Positions 8,360 through 17,448 of a stretch of DNA of 52,217 nucleotides are shown piece after piece. The stretch comes from Candidatus Eiseniibacteriota bacterium (GTDB lineage Bacteria; Eisenbacteria; RBG-16-71-46; DASYSL01). How positions within the stretch are numbered: position 1 is the first letter of the stretch; the number at the start of each line of letters is the position of its first letter. The stretch is from positions 1 through 52,217 of the forward strand of contig JBKJJJ010000107.1 in NCBI GenBank assembly GCA_046598045.1. The letters run 5' to 3'. Below the pieces are notes generated by a model. The model did no database searches and had not been told where the DNA came from. It worked only from the letters and a program-made list of their open reading frames with translations. Made by a program: the position numbers and the translations under genes.

Positions 8360-9188
8360 AGCTCTCGTCGTCGCTCGGGAAGCGGCCGGCCTTGACGTCC
8401 TCGACGAACCGCCCGAGCCCGGCGCGCGCGGCGTCGCCGAGGTCGGCGTAGCGACGCACGAACTTCGCCGGCTTGCCGAACCACAGGCCCATCACGTCGT
8501 GCCACACCAGGACCTGGCCGTCGACGTCGGGGCCGGCGCCGATGCCGATCGTCGGGATCGCGAGCGCGGCGGTGACCTCCTTCGCGAGCGCGCGCGGGAC
8601 GCCCTCGAGCACGAGCGCGAACGCCCCGCAGGCTTCGAGCAGCCTGGCCTCGCGCATCAGGCGGGCGGCGTCCTCGTCGCCCCGCCCCTGCACGCGGTAG
8701 CCGCCCATCGCGAGCACGCTCTGCGGCGTCAGGCCGAGGTGCCCCATCACCGGGATGCCGGCCTCGACGATCGCGCGCACGGCCTCGGCATTGCGCGCGC
8801 CACCCTCGAGCTTGACCGCGTCCGCGCCGCCCTCCTGCACGAGCCGCCCGGAATTGCGCAACGCATCGATCGGACCCGTCTGGTAGCTCATGAATGGCAG
8901 GTCGGTGACGACCAGCGCGCGCGGCTTCGCGCGGGCGACGGCGCGCGTGTGGTGGATCATGTCGTCCATGGTCACGGGCAGCGTGGTCTCGTAGCCGAGC
9001 ACGACCATGCCGAGCGAGTCGCCGACGAGGATGACCTCGGCGCCCGCGTCGTCCACCAGGCGCGCAGTCGGGAAGTCGTACGCGGTGACCACCGCGATCT
9101 TGGTCGCACGCGCCTTGAGCTGCGCCACCGCCGGCGCGGTCCAGCGCGGGCGCGGGGCGTCGGTACGGGTTGCCTGGGTCATGGTCAC
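8349..9188 (-). CDS. panB: 3-methyl-2-oxobutanoate hydroxymethyltransferase
   Basis: TAYD, LVGDSLGM, VKLEGG, GHLGLTPQ, IGIGAG and DGQVLV. Confidence 0.98.
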   Translation of the reverse strand: MTMTQATRTDAPRPRWTAPAVAQLKARATKIAVVTAYDFPTARLVDDAGAEVILVGDSLGMVVLGYETTLPVTMDDMIHHTRAVARAKPRALVVTDLPFMSYQTGPIDALRNSGRLVQEGGADAVKLEGGARNAEAVRAIVEAGIPVMGHLGLTPQSVLAMGGYRVQGRGDEDAARLMREARLLEACGAFALVLEGVPRALAKEVTAALAIPTIGIGAGPDVDGQVLVWHDVMGLWFGKPAKFVRRYADLGDAARAGLGRFVEDVKAGRFPSDDESYGA

Positions 9189-10075
9189 TCCGGGACGCGG
9201 GTCTTGGCGCGCGCCGGGCGGGCCGCGCGCGGCCGGCGGGCCTTTTGGGCGCCGCCGGGGTCGGACGGCTCGGGGGCGAGATCCCGTGCGGACGCGATCG
9301 TGTCCCTGGGCGCGGGATCGGCCCCGGCGCCCTCGAACAGCGGCGCGCCGTGGCCCGGGCCCTCGGTTTCCTCTTCGGCGGACTCGGCCGGATCGGTCGG
9401 TGGAGCGCTGCGCTTGCGCGCGATCTTCCGCCGGTCGCGCGACGGGAGCGGCGTGTAGTACACCGTGCCCTCGCGATGCGCGAGGATGCGCTCCTCGAGG
9501 TCGTGCAGGTCATCGGCGTTCTTCACGAAATCGATGCCGTTGGTGTTGACCACGAGCAAGGGCGCCTCGACGTAGTGGAAGAAGAAGTAATTGTACGAAT
9601 CATTCAGCGCCTGCATGTACTGCCGGTCCATGTCGCGCTCGAACGGCCGGCCCCGTTTCGCCACGCGCTCCATGAGCGTCTCGGTGTTCGCCTGAAGATA
9701 CACGACCACGTCCGGCCGCGTGACCTCGAGCTCGAGCCACCCCACGACCTTCTCGTAGAGCGCCAATTCCTTGTCCGAGAGATTCAGGTTCGCGAAGATC
9801 CGGTCCTTCTGGAACAGGTAGTCGGAGACCGTCTTCTCGCGGAACAGGTCCTGCTGCCTCAGCTCCCGCTGTTGCTGGTAGCGGCTGAACAGGAAGTGCA
9901 TCTGGGTCTGGAACGCGAAGCGCCCGCGGTCGGTGTAGAAGTCCTTGAGGAACGGGTTCTCCTCGACCTCCTCGAGCAGGAGCGCGGCGTTCAGCCGCTC
10001 GGCGACGAGGCGTGTCAGGCTGGTCTTGCCGGCGCCGATCACGCCCTCGATCACGATGTAGCGATTCTCGTTCAC
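9185..10075 (-). CDS. Deoxynucleoside kinase (dAK/dGK family) with disordered C-terminal tail
   Basis: IVIEGVIGAGKTSL P-loop, ENPFL, FLFSRYQQ and RGRPFE. GTG start at 10075. Confidence 0.92.
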   Translation of the reverse strand: MNENRYIVIEGVIGAGKTSLTRLVAERLNAALLLEEVEENPFLKDFYTDRGRFAFQTQMHFLFSRYQQQRELRQQDLFREKTVSDYLFQKDRIFANLNLSDKELALYEKVVGWLELEVTRPDVVVYLQANTETLMERVAKRGRPFERDMDRQYMQALNDSYNYFFFHYVEAPLLVVNTNGIDFVKNADDLHDLEERILAHREGTVYYTPLPSRDRRKIARKRSAPPTDPAESAEEETEGPGHGAPLFEGAGADPAPRDTIASARDLAPEPSDPGGAQKARRPRAARPARAKTRVPE

Positions 10076-10088
10076 GGGCGTCCCCGGC

Positions 10089-10586
10089 TCACCACGGCCC
10101 GCTCCGGCGCTTGACCGCCGGTTTCTCCTCGAGGCGCTCGAGCAACTCGGTGACCGTGAGCCCGAGCACGGGGTGCACGAGCCGGGGCTCGACCTCCACC
10201 AGCGGCACGAGCACGAACCCCCGCCGTGCGAGCTCGGGGTGCGGCAGCGTGAGCTCGTCCGACTCCAGCACCAGGTCTCCATGGAGCAGCAGGTCGAGAT
10301 CGATCGTGCGGGGACCATAGCGGCGCGCGACGTGGCGCACGCGGCCGAGGCGGCGCTCGATCAGCAGCAGGTTCCACAGCAGCTGGCGCGCGGTCAGCTC
10401 GGTCTCGATCTGCGCCACGGCATTCAGGAAGTTCGGTTGGTCGAGCTCGCCGACCGGCGTCGTGTCGTAGAGCGAGGACACGCGGCCGAGCCTCGTCTCC
10501 GGCATCGCGGCGATCTGCTCGAGCGCCGCCTTGAGCAGCGCCTCGCGCTCGCCGAGGTTCGAACCGAGGCCGATGTAGGCTTTCAT
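10089..10586 (-). CDS. folK: 2-amino-4-hydroxy-6-hydroxymethyldihydropteridine diphosphokinase
   Basis: YIGLGSNLG, FLNAV, GPRTIDLDLL and LTLPHP. Confidence 0.97.
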   Translation of the reverse strand: MKAYIGLGSNLGEREALLKAALEQIAAMPETRLGRVSSLYDTTPVGELDQPNFLNAVAQIETELTARQLLWNLLLIERRLGRVRHVARRYGPRTIDLDLLLHGDLVLESDELTLPHPELARRGFVLVPLVEVEPRLVHPVLGLTVTELLERLEEKPAVKRRSGPW

Positions 10587-10972
10587 CGCGACCGTCCGCG
10601 CGCGCCGGGCGGAGCCGTCGGCACCGGGCGGGCAACCTCGACCACGACGCGGCCGCCGCTCGGCCAGGCGAGGTTCTGCTTGGTCAGGCGCACGGTGACC
10701 GCGGAAGCGCCGAAGCGGGTCATGCAGGTTTCGGCGACGCGGGCGGCGAGCGCCTCGAGCAGGCGGAACGACTCGTCCTCGACCACCCGGCGCACCACGG
10801 CTTCGATCTCGTCGTAGGAGACGGTGTCGGCGAGGCGGTCACTGCCCTCGGCGCGGCGGGTGTCGAGGTCGAGCGTGACGTCGACATCGAGCCGCGTCCC
10901 GGCGCGGCGCTCGGCAGTGGTCGCGCCGTGGTGACCGAACACGGAGAGCCCCTCGAGGCGAATCACCGCCAC
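10583..10972 (-). CDS. folB: Dihydroneopterin aldolase
   Basis: GHHG...ER, DTVSY, FRLLEALA and VRLTK. GTG start at 10972 with SD GAGGAGG. Confidence 0.92.
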   Translation of the reverse strand: MAVIRLEGLSVFGHHGATTAERRAGTRLDVDVTLDLDTRRAEGSDRLADTVSYDEIEAVVRRVVEDESFRLLEALAARVAETCMTRFGASAVTVRLTKQNLAWPSGGRVVVEVARPVPTAPPGARGRSR

Positions 10973-11034
10973 GATCGGCCTCCTCGAAGGAGGCCCGGCT
11001 GAGCCCGACAACCGACCTGGTCCATCGCCGCCGG

Positions 11035-11063
11035 ACGGTAGCGATTCGACGCGGTGAGGTCAA
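11035..11063 (-). promoter_or_regulatory. Sigma70-type promoter of the folB operon
   Basis: TTGACC-N17-TACCGT. Confidence 0.55.
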
Positions 11064-11088
11064 GGCAAATGCCTGTGAAGGCAACGGT

Positions 11089-11117
11089 TTGGAGCCGCTT
11101 GCGCGATGTGCTAGTCT
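11089..11117 (+). promoter_or_regulatory. Sigma70-type promoter of the rhomboid gene (divergent)
   Basis: TTGGAG-N17-TAGTCT with a TGn extension. Confidence 0.5.
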
Positions 11118-11155
11118 GCCCGCGCCAACCCCTTCGCGTCTCTCCCGGAGGCCCC

Positions 11156-11857
11156 GTGTTCTTTCCCATCGGCGACGACAACAGCCGGCGCGTGCGAATC
11201 CCGTTCGTCAACGTCGCATTGATCGCGATCAACGCGCTCGCGTTCGTCGCCGAGCTCGCCGTGCACAACCAGGACGGGCTCGAGGCGTTCGTGCGCCACT
11301 GGTCGGTGATCCCCGTCGACTACACGATGCACGCGGGCCTCGGTGGCCCGGTGCCGTGGACGCTCCTGACCTCGATGTTCCTGCACGGCGGATGGGCGCA
11401 CCTGGTCGGCAACATGGTCTACCTGGGGATCTTCGGCGACAATGTCGAGAGCGCACTCGGGCACGCGCGCTACCTTCTCTTCTATCTCGTCACCGGCATC
11501 GCGGGCGGGCTCACGCATCTCCTGACCGCGCCGCACTCCACCGTGCCCACCCTCGGCGCGTCGGCCGCGATCTCGGGCGTGCTCGCGGCCTACGTGCTCT
11601 ACTTCCCGCAGAATCGCGTGCTGGTGTGGTTCTGGTTCCGCATCCTCGCGGTGCCGGCGATGATCGTGATCGGGCTGTGGGCGGTGGTGCAGCTGATCAG
11701 CGGCGCCGGCTCGCTGGTCGCCGCCGGGCCCGGCGGCGGCGTGGCCTACCTCGCGCATGTCGGCGGCTTCGCGAGCGGGCTCGCGCTGGCGGCGTTGCTC
11801 ATGCCCGCGGACATCCGCGCGGCGCGGCGCGATTCGAGGAACCCCGGCCCCTACTAG
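11156..11857 (+). CDS. Rhomboid family intramembrane serine protease
   Basis: MFLHGGWAHLVGNM, GASAA catalytic Ser and AHVGG catalytic His. GTG start (FFPIGDDN) with SD GGAGG. Confidence 0.93.
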   Translation: MFFPIGDDNSRRVRIPFVNVALIAINALAFVAELAVHNQDGLEAFVRHWSVIPVDYTMHAGLGGPVPWTLLTSMFLHGGWAHLVGNMVYLGIFGDNVESALGHARYLLFYLVTGIAGGLTHLLTAPHSTVPTLGASAAISGVLAAYVLYFPQNRVLVWFWFRILAVPAMIVIGLWAVVQLISGAGSLVAAGPGGGVAYLAHVGGFASGLALAALLMPADIRAARRDSRNPGPY

Positions 11858-12696
11858 ACCGCCACCTCGTGCTCGCGCAGGGCATCCTCGAGCGAGGTCT
11901 TCTGGTCGGTCGATTCCTTGCGCTGCCCGATGATCAGCGCGCACGGGACGTGGAACGTGCCCGCCGGGAACGCCTTGGGCCACGTGCCCGGGATGACCAC
12001 CGAGCGCCGCGGCACGCGGCCCTTCGTGACCACGGGCGAGGCGCCGGTGACGTCGATGATCGGCGTGCTCGCGGTGAGCACGGTGTTCGCGCCGAGCACG
12101 GCCGCCTCCTCCACGATCACGCCCTCGACCACGATCGAGCGCGAGCCGATGAACGCGTGGTCCTCGAGGATCACGGGCTGCGCCTGCGGCGGCTCGAGCA
12201 CGCCGCCGATCCCGACGCCGCCCGACAGGTGGACACCCTTGCCGACCTGCGCGCACGAGCCCACGGTGGCCCACGTGTCGACCATCGAACCGGCGCCGAC
12301 CCACGCGCCGACGTTGACGTAGCCGGGCATCACGATCACGCCGGGCTCGAGGAACGCGCCGTAGCGCACGGTGCCCGGCGGCACGACGCGCACGCCCGCT
12401 GCGGCGAGATCGGCCTTGAGCGGCACCTTGTCACGAAAATGCAGCGGCCCCGCCTCGAGGTCGACCATCGACTCGTTCTGGAAGTAGAGCAGGATCCCGC
12501 GCTTGACCCACGCGTGCACCCGCCACACGGACGGCGCGTCCGCGCTGACGCGCGGCTCGGGCGTGGCGACGCGCAGCGCCCCCCGATCGAGCCCGGCCAT
12601 GACGGCGCGGCCGGCGGCTTGTCCGCGCTCGCTCTTCGCGAGGGCGGGGTCGTGCGCGCAGGCTTCGACCTCGCGTTCGAGTCCGGACGGCGTCAT
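11854..12696 (-). CDS. dapD: Tetrahydrodipicolinate N-succinyltransferase
   Basis: WVKRGILLYF, RVVPP, MVDTWATVGSCAQVG and HLSGGVGIGGVLEP. Confidence 0.96.
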   Translation of the reverse strand: MTPSGLEREVEACAHDPALAKSERGQAAGRAVMAGLDRGALRVATPEPRVSADAPSVWRVHAWVKRGILLYFQNESMVDLEAGPLHFRDKVPLKADLAAAGVRVVPPGTVRYGAFLEPGVIVMPGYVNVGAWVGAGSMVDTWATVGSCAQVGKGVHLSGGVGIGGVLEPPQAQPVILEDHAFIGSRSIVVEGVIVEEAAVLGANTVLTASTPIIDVTGASPVVTKGRVPRRSVVIPGTWPKAFPAGTFHVPCALIIGQRKESTDQKTSLEDALREHEVAV

Positions 12697-13898
12697 CGCA
12701 CTCCCCTTTCACCGCGGCTCGCGGCCAGCACCGGCGCGAGGCGTTCCCAAGCGCTGCGGCATTCCTCGAGTGTCGGGACGAGCGCGATGCGCAGGTAACC
12801 TTCGCCCGACTCTCCCATCGCCTCGCCGGGCACGACCGCGACGCCGGCCTCTTCGAGCCAGCGTTCGGCCTCGGCGGCGGACGTCGTGTCGGCCGGCACC
12901 TGGGTCCAGAGATAGAACGTGGCCTCGTTCGGGACCACGGTGAAGCCCGCAGCGCGGCCCTGGTCCGCGAAGAACGCGAGCGCCTCCGCGCGCTTCTCCG
13001 CGAAGCCGCGCTTGAGCGCCTCGACGTGCACCTCGTCGTTCCACGCCGCCTCGGCCGCGTGCTGGACGAACTCGGGGGTGGCCACGCCGAGGCTCGGCCG
13101 GAGCGAGCGGAACGACGCGACCAGCGCCGGGTCCCCCGCCACGAAGCCCGAGCGAAAGCCCGTCATCGCCGAACGCTTGGAGAGCGTCTGGAAGACGAGC
13201 GCACGCTCGATGCCGGCGGACAGCAGGGAGCGGGCCGGATCGCCGAACGTGAGCTCCGAATACGCCTCGTCCGACAGCACGACGAAGCCATGGCGCCGGG
13301 CGAGCCCAAGCGCCTGCGCGTAGAGTTCCAGGGGCGCGCCCGCTCCGGTCGGGTTGTGCGGGTAGTTGAGCCACAGCACGGCGGTCTCCTGCCAGATCGC
13401 CGTGGGCACCGCCTCGAGGTCCGGCAGGAACCCGCGCTCGCGCGCAAGCGGCAGGAGCGTCGGCACGCCGCCGGCGAATGCCGCGCCACGCTCGTACACC
13501 GGGTAAGCCGGGCTCGGGATCATCACGCGCCGGCGCGGACTCGCCGGATCGATCAGCGCAAGGTGGATGTTGAAGATCGCTTCCTTCGAACCGTTCGCCG
13601 GCAGGACCTGGGTCTCTGGATCGAGCACGACGCCGTGGCGACGCTTGAACCAGCCGGCGATCGCCTCGCGCAGGGCCAGGCGCCCGAGCACGGTCGGGTA
13701 CGAGGACCGCGTCGGGACGTGCGAGCGCACGGCCTCGATGATGAACGACGGCGTGAGTTCGCGCGGGTCGCCGATCGAGAGGTCGATCACTTCCACGCCG
13801 CGCTCGACCAGCGCGCGCTTCTTGTGCTCGATCTCGACGAACGGATAGGTCGCGAACATCCCGACAAGCGGGTTCGCGGGAAGGGCGCTCGCGCTCAC
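12693..13898 (-). CDS. dapC: PLP-dependent class I/II aminotransferase, probably succinyldiaminopimelate aminotransferase
   Basis: GSKEA, NYPHNPTG, SDEAY and LSKRSAMTGFRSG (PLP Lys). Lies between dapE and dapD. Confidence 0.8.
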   Translation of the reverse strand: MSASALPANPLVGMFATYPFVEIEHKKRALVERGVEVIDLSIGDPRELTPSFIIEAVRSHVPTRSSYPTVLGRLALREAIAGWFKRRHGVVLDPETQVLPANGSKEAIFNIHLALIDPASPRRRVMIPSPAYPVYERGAAFAGGVPTLLPLARERGFLPDLEAVPTAIWQETAVLWLNYPHNPTGAGAPLELYAQALGLARRHGFVVLSDEAYSELTFGDPARSLLSAGIERALVFQTLSKRSAMTGFRSGFVAGDPALVASFRSLRPSLGVATPEFVQHAAEAAWNDEVHVEALKRGFAEKRAEALAFFADQGRAAGFTVVPNEATFYLWTQVPADTTSAAEAERWLEEAGVAVVPGEAMGESGEGYLRIALVPTLEECRSAWERLAPVLAASRGERGVR

Positions 13899-15010
13899 CC
13901 GGTGCGGCCCCGGTCGCTCGCGCGCGCTTCCTCGGGCGCCTGCGACAGGAACTCGTGCAGCACGTCATAGGACCGCGGGAGGTTCTCGACCGGCACGAAC
14001 TCGTCCGCCTGGTGCGCCTGCGCGGGCACGCCCGGGCCGAAGTTGACGGCGGCCACGCCGCGCTCGCCGAACTGCGCGACGTCGGTCCACGCCTGCTTGG
14101 CGCGGCGATCGAGCCGGAAGCGGCCGAGCAGGTCGACGACCAGCGGGTGGTCGGCGCGCACGACGCCCGGCGGCGCGACATCGACGACCTCGAAATCGAA
14201 CCCGGGCGGAACCATCGCGCGCAACTCGCCGACGGCCTCGGCGGGCGTGCGCGTGGGCGCATAGCGGAAGTTGACGTTGAGCGCGAGCCGGTCGGGCACG
14301 ACGTTCTTCGCGCGGCCGCCCTCGGCGAGCGTGATCTGGAACGTCTCCTGGAAAGTCACGCCGGACACCTCGACCGGGCGCGGCGCGAGCGACGCGAAGC
14401 GCGCGAGGAACGGGACCGCCTTGTAGATCGCGTTCTCGCCCTGCCACGGGCGCGCCGAGTGCGCGGCCCGGCCATGCGCGGTCACGCGCGCGTTGAGCGT
14501 GCCGAGGCAGCCGAGCTCGAGCGCGTTGTCGGTCGGCTCGAGCAGGATCGCGAGGTCCTGCTGCAGCAGCCATGGGTAATCGGGGAAGAGCTTGCGCAGG
14601 CCGTTCTTCTCGAGCGCGATCTCCTCGCATTCGTAGAACACGAACGTGAGGTTCGCGCGCGCGCGCACCCAGTCCACGCTCTTCGCGAGCGCGAGCATGA
14701 CGGCGAGCCCGGCCTTCATGTCGGAGGCGCCGAGGCCGTAGAGCAGGTCGCCCTTGAGGCGCGAGCGCTCGTTTCCGGCGGGCGGCACCGTGTCGAGGTG
14801 GCCGGCGAGAACGATCGAGGGCCGCTCCGGTCGGGACGGTCCTCTCAGGATCACGTTATGGCCCGAGCGCACGAGGTCGCAGGGCGGACACTGCGGGCGA
14901 AGCTCGGAGACCACGAAGTCGGCGAGCGCGCCCTCGGCGCCGGAAACGCTCGGAATGTCGATCAGCCGCGCGGTCAACGCGACCAGTTCGGGCTCCGTCC
15001 AGCGCGCCAT
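13895..15010 (-). CDS. dapE: Succinyl-diaminopimelate desuccinylase (M20 family)
   Basis: AGHLDTVP, GASDMK, YECEE, AHSARPW, WTDVA and AHQADE. Start re-assigned to ATG 15010. Confidence 0.88.
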   Translation of the reverse strand: MARWTEPELVALTARLIDIPSVSGAEGALADFVVSELRPQCPPCDLVRSGHNVILRGPSRPERPSIVLAGHLDTVPPAGNERSRLKGDLLYGLGASDMKAGLAVMLALAKSVDWVRARANLTFVFYECEEIALEKNGLRKLFPDYPWLLQQDLAILLEPTDNALELGCLGTLNARVTAHGRAAHSARPWQGENAIYKAVPFLARFASLAPRPVEVSGVTFQETFQITLAEGGRAKNVVPDRLALNVNFRYAPTRTPAEAVGELRAMVPPGFDFEVVDVAPPGVVRADHPLVVDLLGRFRLDRRAKQAWTDVAQFGERGVAAVNFGPGVPAQAHQADEFVPVENLPRSYDVLHEFLSQAPEEARASDRGRTG

Positions 15011-15033
15011 GCGATGCGCCGAAGCGACCCGGA

Positions 15034-15792
15034 TCAGGCCGGGCGCTTCTTGCCCTTCTGCCCGTAGCGCTTGAGGCCCTGGAGCGCGAGCGAGCCGAGG
15101 AAGATCGCGACCAGCAGGACCGACACCATCGAGACCCACTGCCACTCGCGGAACGAGACCTGGACGTCGAGCGTCTTGCCGTAGGCGAGCGGGTAGGTCA
15201 GCGTGTTGCCCGAGCGCTGCGTCGCGTTGGTCTTGATGATCGAGCCGGGGACGACGAGCTCGAGCGAGCCGGTCGCCCGCTCGGCGTACGGCAGTGCGAC
15301 CGAGTCCACCGTCGCGCCCTCGGGCTCGGCGAGCTCGAGCTTGTAGGAGAGATCGGTGTCCTTGTAGAAGTACTGGTCCTTGATCTCGCTCTGCACGTTC
15401 GCGGGACGCGTGCGCTTCTCGCCCTCGTCGATCCCCTTGAACGCCTGGCCGCGCTGGCCGAGCTCGGCCCAGCTGTCGAGCTGGTAGGTGCCGGTCACGA
15501 CCCTGGCGGCGACGGTCGTATCCTCGGTGTCCTTCGTGAACTTACCCCCGCGACCTTCCACCGTGGCCTCGAACGCCGACCACGCAAGGCGCGGCTCGAC
15601 GTGCAGCGAGTCCATGATGCCGGGCATCGCCTCGGCGTGCTCGGTCATGTCGACCTTGCCGTCGGGCGTGACCTGGACGTGCACGCGATAGGACACGCAG
15701 CCCGAGGCCAGCAGGGCGGCGAAGGCGAACGCTAGGAGGGCCGGCAGGCGGCCGACGCGGGCAGGGACACGGCTCATGGACTTCCCGTTCAT
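15034..15792 (-). CDS. Lipoprotein with C-terminal transmembrane helix (LppM-like), function unknown
   Basis: Lipobox LASG-C, a beta-rich body, and a hydrophobic C-terminal helix followed by a basic tail. Alternative start at 15777. Confidence 0.7.
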   Translation of the reverse strand: MNGKSMSRVPARVGRLPALLAFAFAALLASGCVSYRVHVQVTPDGKVDMTEHAEAMPGIMDSLHVEPRLAWSAFEATVEGRGGKFTKDTEDTTVAARVVTGTYQLDSWAELGQRGQAFKGIDEGEKRTRPANVQSEIKDQYFYKDTDLSYKLELAEPEGATVDSVALPYAERATGSLELVVPGSIIKTNATQRSGNTLTYPLAYGKTLDVQVSFREWQWVSMVSVLLVAIFLGSLALQGLKRYGQKGKKRPA

Positions 15793-15929
15793 TGGCTCGG
15801 ACCTTTGGGGTTTCCGTTGGGGATCCGTCGGATCGCGTGAGTGACGCCGCCCGGTCGGTGGGCTCGACGACGGACCTTACCGTAGTCCTCCCCCGTTTGG
15901 GAAGAGTCGATTCGGACACCACTTGGAGC

Positions 15930-17441
15930 CTACCCGGGCGTCTCGCCCCCCTCGGACGGGGGCTCCTCACCCTCGTCGACGACCAGGGTCTCGGTGGTCA
16001 GGATCAACCCGGCGACCGCAGCCGCGTTTTCGAGCGCGATCCGCACCACGCGCGCGGAATCGAGGATGCCCGCCCGCGACAGGTCGACGATTCGGCCGAT
16101 CGAGGCGTCGAACCCGGTCGCGCCCGACGCGCCCTGGAGCTCGGCCACGATGGCGTCGCCGTCCGCGCCCGCGTTGTGCGCGATCCAGCGCGCCGGCTCG
16201 AGCACCGCGCCCGCGACCGTCGCCGCGCCCGCCTTCGCGTCGCCCGAGAGCGGCACGGAGAGCGCGGCATCGCGCGCGCGCAGCAGCGCCACGCCCCCGC
16301 CGGTCACCACACCCTCGCTGAGCGCCGAGCGCAGGGCCCTTAGCGCGTCCTCGAAATGCGCGTGCGCGTGCGCGCGCGCTTCGTCGGAGGCGCCGCCGAC
16401 CTCGATCGTCGCGACTCCGCCGGCCGCGCCACTCGCGTGGTCGAACGCAAGCGTGGTGTGCGCGCGCTCGATCACCGCGCGTTCGAGCCGGCCGAGCGAT
16501 GCGGCCTCGGCGCTCGCGGCGGCGCCGCCGAGCTCGGGTGCGAACAGCGTCGCGCCGGTCGCGCGCGCGAGGTCCGCGAACCAGGCGCTGCGGGCGCCGC
16601 CCATCCCGGGCGCCTGCACGGCACACGATTGCGCGACGCCGCGCAGCTGGTTGACGACCAGCGTCTGCAGCGCCTCGCCCTCGACGTCCTCGGCGATCAC
16701 GAGCAGCGGCAGGCCGGCCGCGCGCGCGGCCTCGAGCGCGGGCGCGACGTCGGCCACGCGGTCGAGCCGCGCATCGGCGAGCAGCACGAGCGGCTGCTCG
16801 AGCACGCAGCGCATGTCCTCGGGCGCGGTCACGAAGTAGGCCGAGAGCCAGCCGCGCGCGAACGCGAACCCCGGGGTGATCGTGAGCCGGGGCTCCGTGC
16901 CGGGCCCCGGGCGCAGCGTCACCGCGCCCTCCGGCCCGACCTGCGCGAGCGCGTCCTCGACCAGTGCGGCGACGGCGAGCTCGCCACCGGCGGCGATCGC
17001 GGCGACCGCGAGCCGCTCGTCGCGCGTGGCGAGCGGGCGCGCCTGCGCGCGCACGTGCCGGCTGACCGCGCGCGCGGCGTGCTCGATGCCGCGGCGCAGC
17101 TGAACCGGCGCGGCGCCCTGGGACAGGTGCGCGAGCCCGCCCACGACGATCGCATGCGCCAGGACGGTCGCAGTCGTGCTGCCGTCGCCCGCTTCGTCAC
17201 TGGTCTTCTGCGCGGCCTCGCGCACGAGGCGCGCGCCCAGGTTCTCGAAGGGATCGGGAAGTTCGACCTCGCGCGCGACCGCGGCGCCGTCGTTCGTGAT
17301 CGCGGGACCGGAGAGGCCGCGCGAGGCGAGCACGGTGCGCCCGCGCGGACCAAGCGTCACCCGGACGGCGCGCGCCAGTTGCTCCGCGCCGCGCGCGATC
17401 GCGCGCCGGGCCGGTTCGCCCTCGAGGATCCCCCGGGACAT
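15930..17441 (-). CDS. groL: Divergent chaperonin GroEL (Cpn60) paralogue, 503 aa
   Basis: VTLGPRGR, ITNDG, AGDGSTTATVLA, IAEDVEGEAL, EDAL, EGVVTGGG and GILDS. Internal deletion and no adjacent groES. Confidence 0.85.
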   Translation of the reverse strand: MSRGILEGEPARRAIARGAEQLARAVRVTLGPRGRTVLASRGLSGPAITNDGAAVAREVELPDPFENLGARLVREAAQKTSDEAGDGSTTATVLAHAIVVGGLAHLSQGAAPVQLRRGIEHAARAVSRHVRAQARPLATRDERLAVAAIAAGGELAVAALVEDALAQVGPEGAVTLRPGPGTEPRLTITPGFAFARGWLSAYFVTAPEDMRCVLEQPLVLLADARLDRVADVAPALEAARAAGLPLLVIAEDVEGEALQTLVVNQLRGVAQSCAVQAPGMGGARSAWFADLARATGATLFAPELGGAAASAEAASLGRLERAVIERAHTTLAFDHASGAAGGVATIEVGGASDEARAHAHAHFEDALRALRSALSEGVVTGGGVALLRARDAALSVPLSGDAKAGAATVAGAVLEPARWIAHNAGADGDAIVAELQGASGATGFDASIGRIVDLSRAGILDSARVVRIALENAAAVAGLILTTETLVVDEGEEPPSEGGETPG

Positions 17442-17448
17442 CGCGGCC

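Noticed and set aside
11854..15010. dapE-dapC-dapD cluster as a novelty
   Set aside because: It is a coherent, ordinary succinylase branch of lysine/DAP synthesis.
15793..15929. Riboswitch in the groEL-lipoprotein intergenic region
   Set aside because: No recognisable aptamer consensus or terminator could be identified by eye.
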